Part shown: positions 57,333 to 64,000 of the stretch, piece by piece | Numbering within the stretch: position 1 is the stretch's first letter | Layout of the letters: each line of letters opens with the position of its first letter | Assembly (NCBI GenBank): GCA_020026415.1 | Contig: JAHHQL010000004.1 | Coordinates: forward strand, 22,959-86,958 | From: Alistipes sp. | Lineage (GTDB): Bacteria; Bacteroidota; Bacteroidia; Bacteroidales; Rikenellaceae | Reading direction: 5' to 3' | DNA length: 64,000 nucleotides | The notes under the pieces: model-generated | What the model saw: the letters and a program-made list of their open reading frames with translations, nothing else | What the model was told of the DNA's origin: nothing | Database searches by the model: none | Position numbers and translations under genes: made by a program

Positions 57333-57364
57333 CAAATATACAGAAATCCCCGTTAAATCGCAAA
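57333..57364 (-). promoter_or_regulatory. promoter for the DUF4954-vWA-pseudokinase genes (-33 TTTG / -7 TATATTTG, 20-nt spacer)
   Basis: Reverse-strand TATATTTG at 57333-57340 and TTTG at 57361-57364, straddling the kinase gene stop. Confidence 0.55.
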
Positions 57365-58507
57365 CTCTTTGCCCGTGGTGTCGATTTCTGCCCGCTGATT
57401 TCCCCTTTCGACGGTGGCGCGACCACGGCGGAAGGGTTTCACGGCGGTGTATTGCGGACAGCGCAGAAGCGTTGCGCCGTCCCGTGAGATGTAACTCCAC
57501 GTGCGGTTCAGACGCACGGCTGCCAAGCCTTCGCTAAAGTCAAATCCCGCACTGTACATCGGCGGGATGATCCATTCGCCCGTCTCGCCACGGAATCCCC
57601 ACAAATTGCCCCGCACATCGAGTTCTGAAGGGGTCGAATCAAGCGGTGGGTAGCCGTCGAGTTCGTGTCGGGCGTACTTTAGAAGTTCGGGAAGCGCGGG
57701 TAGGTGCATCAGGGGACTCAGGAGCAGTTCCGCGATGCGGTATTGGGCGGCAAAGCCGTGACGATCAAAGAGATCCATTGTCTGTCGGAGCCGCGGGTCG
57801 GTCGCAATACGGCGCGGATCGAACAGCAGCCCGTCCTCGTGGTTCAGGTTTTTGCCGAGTGCGGGATCAAGTTCTAAAGCATGGAGTGCCGTCGAGATCA
57901 GTGCCGCGGGGTAGTCGTCCAATGTCGCGTCGAAATCATCGGCGGTACGGGCGGGATGCTGGTAGGCGGCAGTCCCCAATTCGGGACTGCGCAAGCCCTT
58001 AAATTCGGGGCGGAAGACCGCATCGAAATCAATCAGACGGAGCGATCCGTCTTCGAGCGCAAGGATGTTTTCGGGTTTCAGATCGCCGTGCGCCCAGTCG
58101 TCCGTAACGAGCGTTTCGGCCAAAAGATCGAACGAGCGTGCCAGATTTTTCAGCGTTGCGTGATCCCCTGCCTGCACTGCCTGTTCGATGCGTCGGCGGA
58201 GCGAGGTGCCCTCGATCCAGTCGAGCAGTACCACATCGACCCATTCGCCGCGGGTGGCATCGCACAAGTAGAGTGCCTTGGGGCGGAACGCATCGCCGTA
58301 GATCTCCCGAAGTCGCGCCGCAGGCCTTAAAAAACAGCGCAATACCTTCTTCCGTCCGTTGTGGCGGATGAGGAATCCGACGGCGTTGTTGCCCGCAAAA
58401 CAGCGGGGGCGTCCGCTTGCATCGGTGCATACCTCCACCGTCCCTTCAAGCCGCAAAAGGCGGTCGGGATCGGTCATCGTCGTAAGGTATTGGCGGAGGG
58501 TGTACAT
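57353..58507 (-). CDS. atypical Ser/Thr-type protein kinase with C-terminal WG-type repeats
   Basis: 384 aa. Catalytic loop HGDLKPENIL, DFD (DFG-like), GTAAYQHP (APE-like). C-terminal units LWGFRGETGEWIIPPMY and SEGLAAVRLNRTWSYISRDG. Confidence 0.8.
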   Translation of the reverse strand: MYTLRQYLTTMTDPDRLLRLEGTVEVCTDASGRPRCFAGNNAVGFLIRHNGRKKVLRCFLRPAARLREIYGDAFRPKALYLCDATRGEWVDVVLLDWIEGTSLRRRIEQAVQAGDHATLKNLARSFDLLAETLVTDDWAHGDLKPENILALEDGSLRLIDFDAVFRPEFKGLRSPELGTAAYQHPARTADDFDATLDDYPAALISTALHALELDPALGKNLNHEDGLLFDPRRIATDPRLRQTMDLFDRHGFAAQYRIAELLLSPLMHLPALPELLKYARHELDGYPPLDSTPSELDVRGNLWGFRGETGEWIIPPMYSAGFDFSEGLAAVRLNRTWSYISRDGATLLRCPQYTAVKPFRRGRATVERGNQRAEIDTTGKEFAI

Positions 58508-58513
58508 CGCGGG

Positions 58514-58549
58514 TAAAAATTAAGAGCAACCGATCGCTCGATTGCTCTT
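58514..58549 (-). terminator. intrinsic terminator after slyD
   Basis: Reverse strand: AAGAGCAA...TTGCTCTT stem followed by AATTTTT. It ends only ~7 nt before the kinase ATG. Confidence 0.7.
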
Positions 58550-58575
58550 GTTATGCTTTCTAAAGAAGCGATCTG

Positions 58576-59121
58576 TTAGTGGCAGCAGCCGCCTTCGCAA
58601 CCGCCTTCTTCGTGGTCGTGATCGCAGTGGCAATCGCTGCCGCAATCACATCCGCAACCACCCTGCTCGTCTTCGGGCGTCAGGTCACGAACCATAACCA
58701 CCTCAACATCGAAGTTCAGCGTCTTGCCTGCCATCGGGTGGTTGAAGTCCATTTTGACGGTCTCATCCGCAACTTCTTTGATCGTACCCATCATGCGGTG
58801 ACCTTCGGCATCGCTCATGGGAACCTGCGAACCTACGAAGAGAATATCCTCGGCCAGTTTGCCATCAACCATGAAGATGGTCTTGGGAAGATCGACGATG
58901 GCTTCCTCGTGGATTTCGCCGTAGCCGTCCTTGGGTTCGAGGGTGAACGATACCTTCTCGCCGGGCTCTTTGTCCAGAATAGCCTCTTCGAACTTGGGCA
59001 GCAACATGCCGCGACCGAAGATGAACTCAAGGGGCTGACCCGGTTGCGATTGATCTGCGATTTTTCCGTCAACGGTCAATTTATAATCGACAGCGACCTT
59101 TTTGTCTTGTGCTACTTTCAT
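58576..59121 (-). CDS. slyD: FKBP-type peptidyl-prolyl isomerase SlyD with Cys/His-rich metal-binding tail
   Basis: 181 aa with an FKBP + IF-domain pattern. The last 28 aa are GGCGCDCGSDCHCDHDHEEGGCEGGCCH. Confidence 0.9.
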   Translation of the reverse strand: MKVAQDKKVAVDYKLTVDGKIADQSQPGQPLEFIFGRGMLLPKFEEAILDKEPGEKVSFTLEPKDGYGEIHEEAIVDLPKTIFMVDGKLAEDILFVGSQVPMSDAEGHRMMGTIKEVADETVKMDFNHPMAGKTLNFDVEVVMVRDLTPEDEQGGCGCDCGSDCHCDHDHEEGGCEGGCCH

Positions 59122-59169
59122 AGTTTTTTCGTGTATTTAAGTGTTGATTTGTTTCCGTCTTATATCCCA

Positions 59170-59177
59170 CAAAGATA
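59170..59177 (-). promoter_or_regulatory. -7 box TATCTTTG upstream of slyD
   Basis: Exact TAnnTTTG on the reverse strand, 48 nt from ATG 59121. Confidence 0.55.
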
Positions 59178-59255
59178 GGCACTTCGCCGTCATGCACCAA
59201 ATAATCCGGGGAAATAAATCCCCGCATGCCCTAATTTTTTATGGTAAGACACTTC

Positions 59256-59309
59256 GGGAAAACGAGTGCGGGGGGCGGTTTCCTGCTTTGGAGAAGAACC
59301 GCCCCCCGC
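59256..59309 (-). terminator. terminator-like 13-bp GC hairpin after the PCMD lipoprotein gene
   Basis: GCGGGGGGCGGTT / AACCGCCCCCCGC perfect stem. Short U-run on the reverse strand. Confidence 0.6.
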
Positions 59310-59337
59310 AGGGGAAAAGGTTTCGGAAGAGGGCTTT

Positions 59338-61167
59338 TTAATAGACCCACTCCAGACCTTTGATGTCGAGTTCGTTTGTCGAACAGCCGTTCAAGTATTC
59401 GCCGTAACGGCTCGTGGCACAAGAGATTACGATCGTATAACGTCCCGCGGGGGCGGTGTCGGTCTTGCGGAAATAGCGGAGCGGAATCTCCAGATCGGTC
59501 TGCGACCCCGTGCGGATGTATCGTACGCCCGATGCGATGACTGTTTCTGCCGAAGAGAGGCCTTTGAGGGTTTCGGGATTCCAGACACCCGTGGGTTTGG
59601 CCATACCCGAAGTGGTGGCGTGGCGTTGCGCCCAGTCGATGATGCACACCATGATCATCGCTTCGTCGGGTTGTCCCACGGCGATGTGGGAGGCATGTTT
59701 GTTGTGGGTGACATTGCCCGTTTTGGCACGATAATTCACGCGGAGTGCCGTGGGGCGTGCCGTGTAGGTGTAGGGCTGGCCGAAATTGGCGGTGCCGTTC
59801 GTGCCGTTCATCGCAAAGGTGCCCGTGAAGAGGTTGCCCGGCGTGAGCAACTTGATGATTCCCATGATGTTCACCGCACTTGCCTGAAGATGGGCGTAGG
59901 TATTGCGGTAGGTGCAGAGGGTTTTGGCCTGCGAGTTGTTACCGCTGCTCCAGAACGACGAATTGGTATTGGCGGTGGTATAGCACGACAGGCTGCCGTC
60001 GGAAAGGGTCGGGATGGGATCGCCTTGGTGATTGCTCGAAAAACGACCCGAACGGAGGACTTTCCCTTGGTCGATCAACTGCCAGTCGTAGTCGGCACGG
60101 GCAAAGACACCCGTCAGGCGGTCGGGGCGCATCGTGCCGTCGGCGGAGTTTGTCCAGCGGGGTTCGATCATGCGTTGCGAACCCGTGCCCGTGGCGGTCT
60201 GCCAGAGGGTCTCGGTCGTGCGTTTATATTGAAGGCGTGCCGTGGAGGGGGCATTTTTCAGGGTTGCCGTGGCTGTGTTTTTCCAAAGATTGATGTTGCC
60301 GATCGTCACCTCGACATCGGGTGTCCACTCCGTGAGGTTGCGGGTGGCATAGACCAGTTCGCCTGCCTTGAAGGTGGCTTCGGCCGAGAGGTCGAGGACG
60401 GCGTGGTGGCGTTCGGTCGTGATCTCGGCGCGAAGGCGGCGGTAAGTGCCCTGCGGCAGGTTGAAAAAGGCCTTTGCATCGGCGGCCGAGGGTTCGGTGC
60501 CGGGGGCGTAGTTCAGCAGGATCTCGTGGCGGGGATTCGATGTGGAGAGTCTGCCCGTCAGCGTGTTGCGGTCGATTTCGAAATAATCGGCGGCGAGGGG
60601 ATCACCCTCTGCCGTAAGGCGGATGGAGCGCACTTTCTCGTTTTTCACCGCCGCGTCCGCCGTGTGGAACGACAGCGAAAGAATGGCGGTCAGCGATCGG
60701 AAATCGAAGGTCACGGGTGTGCCGTTCACCGATCCCGTGGCGTGTTTCAGGGTGGAGACGAGCGGGTAGAACAGGGCGTTGAATCGGTTGCCCTGCTGGG
60801 TGCGTATTCCGCCGAAGGGGATTCGGGTGGGCGTGTCTGCCACATGGGGAAGAACGGCTTGAAAGTTCCATGAAGAACTGTTGTCGAGCAGGCGTCCCTC
60901 GAAAAGGCTGGTCGCGGGGTTATAGTCGAAGCGGGCGGTCTGGTTGTTGGCAAAGACCGTGATCCGATCGCCCGATTGCCAGTCGCAACGGAATTTTCCC
61001 GCCGCCTCATCGACCGTAAGGTCGGCACGGGTCGTGCGGGTGGGGTCGGATGCCCCGAATGTCACCGTGACGGGTTCTTGTCGGGGCGTGACGGGTTCGG
61101 TCTTGTCGTCCGAGCAGGACGCAAGCGCAAACAATGCGGTAAAGAGTAATGCAAAATGTCGTTTCAT
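59338..61167 (-). CDS. PCMD-domain lipoprotein with fimbrillin-like N-terminal region
   Basis: Start taken at ATG 61167 (MKRHFALLFTALFALASC, a lipobox). The C-terminal ~200 aa resemble the Bacteroidales PCMD domain as I recall it; this part of the call is less certain. Confidence 0.65.
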   Translation of the reverse strand: MKRHFALLFTALFALASCSDDKTEPVTPRQEPVTVTFGASDPTRTTRADLTVDEAAGKFRCDWQSGDRITVFANNQTARFDYNPATSLFEGRLLDNSSSWNFQAVLPHVADTPTRIPFGGIRTQQGNRFNALFYPLVSTLKHATGSVNGTPVTFDFRSLTAILSLSFHTADAAVKNEKVRSIRLTAEGDPLAADYFEIDRNTLTGRLSTSNPRHEILLNYAPGTEPSAADAKAFFNLPQGTYRRLRAEITTERHHAVLDLSAEATFKAGELVYATRNLTEWTPDVEVTIGNINLWKNTATATLKNAPSTARLQYKRTTETLWQTATGTGSQRMIEPRWTNSADGTMRPDRLTGVFARADYDWQLIDQGKVLRSGRFSSNHQGDPIPTLSDGSLSCYTTANTNSSFWSSGNNSQAKTLCTYRNTYAHLQASAVNIMGIIKLLTPGNLFTGTFAMNGTNGTANFGQPYTYTARPTALRVNYRAKTGNVTHNKHASHIAVGQPDEAMIMVCIIDWAQRHATTSGMAKPTGVWNPETLKGLSSAETVIASGVRYIRTGSQTDLEIPLRYFRKTDTAPAGRYTIVISCATSRYGEYLNGCSTNELDIKGLEWVY

Positions 61168-61181
61168 GGCGGTTGTCGGGT

Positions 61182-61345
61182 TTAATATTCGTCGGCGGAA
61201 GTCCAATCGTAAGAGGTCAGCGGGCGGGCAGGGCCTTCGATGCCTTCCTGCAAGGAGAGTCCGAAGCCGCCTTCGACACGGCATTCCAAAACAATTATTT
61301 CGGGCGACGAATAAGTGCGCGCCTCGGTTTGGGGTGTGGTATTCA
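61182..61345 (-). CDS. hypothetical small acidic protein (54 aa)
   Basis: ATG 61345 lies 24 nt downstream of an exact TAnnTTTG box (61369-61376). It ends 14 nt before the lipoprotein gene. No signal peptide and no family recognised. Confidence 0.4.
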
Positions 61346-61368
61346 TAATTCGTAAATTTTTAGTTTGA

Positions 61369-61376
61369 TCAAAAGT
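61369..61376 (-). promoter_or_regulatory. -7 box TACTTTTG upstream of the small ORF / PCMD lipoprotein operon
   Basis: Exact TAnnTTTG on the reverse strand, 23 nt from ATG 61345. Confidence 0.5.
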
Positions 61377-61479
61377 AGTCGGAACGACCTCCTTTTGCAA
61401 CTAAATTCAACCAACTGGCGGATTTTCCCCACGAACCGTTCCGTGCGGAACGGTTTGATCACAAACATCCCGAAAATTC

Positions 61480-61529
61480 CCATAAACAAGAAACGACCGC
61501 TCTTCTGTCTGAAGAGCGGTCGTTTCTTG
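61480..61529 (-). terminator. 19-bp perfect hairpin after the S46 (DPP11-like) gene
   Basis: CAAGAAACGACCGCTCTTC (61487-61505) pairs with GAAGAGCGGTCGTTTCTTG (61511-61529). Weak U-tract. Confidence 0.65.
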
Positions 61530-61543
61530 GGAAAAATGTCCGA

Positions 61544-63523
61544 TTAGCGGAGTTCCATCTCGTCGATCAGATAACCGGCGTTACCGACGCGCTCGATGAG
61601 GAACAGCACATAACGGATATCCACGGCGATGTTGCGGCACTTGACGGGATCGTATGCCACATCGCTCATCGTCGAGAGCCATGTGCGGTCGAAGTTGATG
61701 CCGATCAGTTCGCCTTTGCCGTTGATCATCGGCGAACCCGAATTGCCTCCCGTGGTGTGGGGCGTGGCAAGGAAGCAGACGGGGACGGTCTTGCGCCCGT
61801 TCATCTCGATGCCCCAACGGCCGTAATCCTTGGCCTTGTAGAGGTCGCGCAACGACTGCGGGATGTCGTAGTCGTAGATTTCGGGGTTGTCCTTGGCGAT
61901 GATGCCGTCCAGCGTGGTCTGCGGGTAGTGATACTCGCCGTCGCGGTACTCGTAGCCCTTCACCGAACCGTATGCCACACGCAGCGTGAGGTTGGCATCG
62001 GGATAGAAGGCGCGGGTGGTGTCCCACTCCTGAAGGCCGCGGACATAGACCGTATAGAGTTCGCTCAGGTGTTTCGAATTGAGGTTACGCAGGTCACGGC
62101 CGTCGAGTTCCAGTTCGCCGCCGATCTTCTTCATCTGGGCCATGATCGACTCGCGGAGCGGTGCCGACTCTTCGTTCTTGCCGTTCCAGATCTCCTCGAA
62201 GATCTTCTCGCCGTAAGCCTCAGGCGAGCCTGCTTTCTTCACACCCTCCGTGAAGAGCGGAGAGCGGTAAGCCTCCGGGCAACGTGTGGCGTACTCCTTG
62301 AACAGGAGGCGGAACAGGTCGCGTTCGGTCTCCTCGCGCTGTGCGAAGCAAACTTCCCGACGTTCTGCGTCGGTGTATTTTTCGGGAAGGGTCAGCAGGG
62401 TCTCGATCGTCATCTCGCGGGCGAAGTAAGCGTCCATGATGCGGGCATATTCCTTCTTCAGATCGGCGACGATCGTCTTGTATTCGGGGCGGTTTTGTGC
62501 CCATGCCTCGAACTGACGCTCGTAGATGCGTTTCTTATCGACGGTCTTGTTGTTGATCCCCAACACGCGACCCTGCCATTTTTTCCAAGCATTGGCGATC
62601 CACACGTATTTCGAGGCGTAGTGGATACGCAGGGCGGGATCCGCCTCCTGTGCCTTGCCGATGATGTTCAGACGCTCGGTGCGGATGGCGATTTTCGCCG
62701 GATCGGAACGCTCGGCAAGGTATGCCACATCGTCCGAGAGGATATACTCCTGTGTGTTGCCCGGAAAACCGTAGATCATCGTGAAATCACCCTCCCTGAT
62801 GCCCTTGGTCGAGATGGGGAAGAAGCGTTTCGGGGTGTAGGGTACGTTGTCGGGCGAATAAGCGGCGGGTTTGTTGTTTTTGTCGGCATAGATGCGGAAG
62901 ATCGAGAAATCGCCCGTATGGCGCGGCCAGATCCAGTTGTCGGTATCGCCGCCGAACTTGCCGATCGACGACTGGGGTGCACCCACGAGGCGCACGTCGT
63001 CGAACTGCTCGTAAACGAACAGGAACTGCTGGTTGCCGTAGTACATCTGTTCGATCGAAGCCTTGTAGCCTGCGCCTTCCTTCGAGGCCTCCTCGATGAT
63101 CTTCGCAGCCTCCTCGCCCTTTGCAAGGCGGTCGGTGACATCCTCCATGCGTACGAGGAAACGGACGTTGAGCCCTTCGTTGGGGAGTTCCTCTTCCAGC
63201 GAGCGTGCCCAGAAGCCGTAGGTCAGATAGTCGTGCTCGATGGTCGAGTGTGCCTGAATGGCATCATAACCGCAGTGGTGGTTCGTGAGGATCAGACCGC
63301 GATTCGAGACGAGTTCTGCGGTACAGCCGCCGTCGAACAGCACCACGGCATCTTTCAAAGAGGCCTGATTGATCGAGTAGATGTCCTCGGCCGTGAGTTG
63401 GAAGCCTTTCGCGCGCATATCGTCGATACGGCTCGAAATCAGGCTCGGAAGCCACATGCCCTCATCGGCCCGAACGGGCAGGAATAGGAGGGTTGCGAAC
63501 AGAATGAGTAAGTAGCGTTTCAT
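61544..63523 (-). CDS. dpp11: S46-family dipeptidyl-peptidase, DPP11-like (Arg at S1 specificity position)
   Basis: Signal peptide followed by DEGMWL. TNHHCGY and GGNSGSP motifs. Arg lies 18 residues after the catalytic Ser (FDRTW). Confidence 0.85.
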   Translation of the reverse strand: MKRYLLILFATLLFLPVRADEGMWLPSLISSRIDDMRAKGFQLTAEDIYSINQASLKDAVVLFDGGCTAELVSNRGLILTNHHCGYDAIQAHSTIEHDYLTYGFWARSLEEELPNEGLNVRFLVRMEDVTDRLAKGEEAAKIIEEASKEGAGYKASIEQMYYGNQQFLFVYEQFDDVRLVGAPQSSIGKFGGDTDNWIWPRHTGDFSIFRIYADKNNKPAAYSPDNVPYTPKRFFPISTKGIREGDFTMIYGFPGNTQEYILSDDVAYLAERSDPAKIAIRTERLNIIGKAQEADPALRIHYASKYVWIANAWKKWQGRVLGINNKTVDKKRIYERQFEAWAQNRPEYKTIVADLKKEYARIMDAYFAREMTIETLLTLPEKYTDAERREVCFAQREETERDLFRLLFKEYATRCPEAYRSPLFTEGVKKAGSPEAYGEKIFEEIWNGKNEESAPLRESIMAQMKKIGGELELDGRDLRNLNSKHLSELYTVYVRGLQEWDTTRAFYPDANLTLRVAYGSVKGYEYRDGEYHYPQTTLDGIIAKDNPEIYDYDIPQSLRDLYKAKDYGRWGIEMNGRKTVPVCFLATPHTTGGNSGSPMINGKGELIGINFDRTWLSTMSDVAYDPVKCRNIAVDIRYVLFLIERVGNAGYLIDEMELR

Positions 63524-63526
63524 AGG

Positions 63527-64000
63527 TCAGTTTTTATTTATAAAGTTGTTTAATTCGGTGTAAACCCGCTGTACGGGAAGTCCCATCACGTTGTAGAACG
63601 ATCCTTCGATGCGTTCGATGGCGATGTATCCGATCCATTCCTGAATGCCGTATGCACCCGCCTTGTCGTAGGGGCGGCAGGTGTCGATGTAGTGGCAGAT
63701 CTCCTCGTCGCTCAATGCCCGAAACCACACCCGGCTCTCCGAAGAGAAGGTTTTTGTCCGGGTGGCGGAGCGGAGCGTGACACCCGTCACGACCTTGTGG
63801 CTGTGTCCCGACAGCGAGCGGAGCATCGCGCAGGCCTGTGCGCGGTCGCGGGGTTTGCCGAGGACACCCTCCCTGCCGATCACGACCGTGTCGGCCGTCA
63901 GGAGGATCTCGTTCGGGGCGAGCGGCGTGGGGCAGGCTTCGCTTTTGAGGCGCGAAAGGTAGGCGGGAACCTCTTCCGCGGGAAGTGTCGCAGGGTAGAT
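63527..64000 (-). CDS. maf: Maf-like nucleoside triphosphate pyrophosphatase (5' end outside window)
   Basis: In-frame to the window edge with typical Maf sequence (ADTVV, GKPRD, KAGAYGIQ). Stop lies 3 nt before the S46 gene start. Confidence 0.9.
   Translation of the reverse strand: MYPATLPAEEVPAYLSRLKSEACPTPLAPNEILLTADTVVIGREGVLGKPRDRAQACAMLRSLSGHSHKVVTGVTLRSATRTKTFSSESRVWFRALSDEEICHYIDTCRPYDKAGAYGIQEWIGYIAIERIEGSFYNVMGLPVQRVYTELNNFINKN

Noticed and set aside
57303-57500. Upstream extension of the DUF4954 ORF (track start at 57500)
   Set aside because: It would overlap the 3' end of the kinase gene and contain the -33/-7 promoter (57333-57364). Its translated sequence (…GRRNASALSAIHRRETLPPWSRHRRKGK…) looks non-coding.

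Overview
This 64-kb window reads as a GC-rich core-genome segment of a Bacteroidota chromosome. Bacteroidales is likely and Alistipes/Rikenellaceae-like is my guess, but both are inference only. I call 51 protein-coding genes, two of them cut by the window edges. They are densely packed. I see no rRNA, tRNA, CRISPR array, transposase, integrase or phage genes.

The lineage call rests on about 19 exact matches to the Bacteroidota -7 promoter box TAnnTTTG just upstream of start codons. It also rests on two S46 peptidases, a PCMD/fimbrillin-like lipoprotein and a GlsB/GlsA-type lipid gene pair.

Gene order, left to right:
- polA 3' end, a membrane EEP nuclease/phosphatase, and an N-acyl amino-acid lipid gene pair
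- the first half only of the dcw cluster (rsmH, ftsL-like, ftsI, murE, mraY, murD, ftsW), then an S4/Hsp15-like gene
- an orphan promoter-to-terminator unit that is a candidate ~200-nt sRNA
- a nucleotidyltransferase, sppA, mrp/apbC, nadA, an S46 peptidase (DPP7-like), metG, ilvE, mnmG, ybeY
- an M23/EnvC-like protein, a TPR protein, pheS, a patatin + beta-barrel protein, an M13 peptidase, pgk
- an ABC-2 exporter pair, nrnA, a HAD hydrolase, rdgB, folE, mscL
- a cytidylyltransferase + LuxE-like pair, infC, thrS, pdxA, a TrmH-family methyltransferase, rnz, trxB
- a four-gene cassette: kinase, DUF4954 beta-helix protein, vWA protein, pseudokinase
- slyD, a small ORF + PCMD lipoprotein, a second S46 peptidase (DPP11-like), and the maf 3' part

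The most unusual items:
1. The vWA/kinase/pseudokinase/DUF4954 cassette. It resembles a TerY-P triad but has no phosphatase.
2. The orphan structured sRNA candidate.
3. infC, which has an obligatory non-AUG start, lacks the usual rpmI-rplT genes downstream, and is followed by ~500 nt of strand-skewed non-coding DNA.
4. A loose family of C-rich/G-poor spacers (on the transcribed strand) carrying ~40-nt-period degenerate repeats.

Limits: I ran no searches or computations. Product calls rest on motifs I recognise in the supplied translations. Start codons were chosen by eye, and the ORF track often over-extends them.
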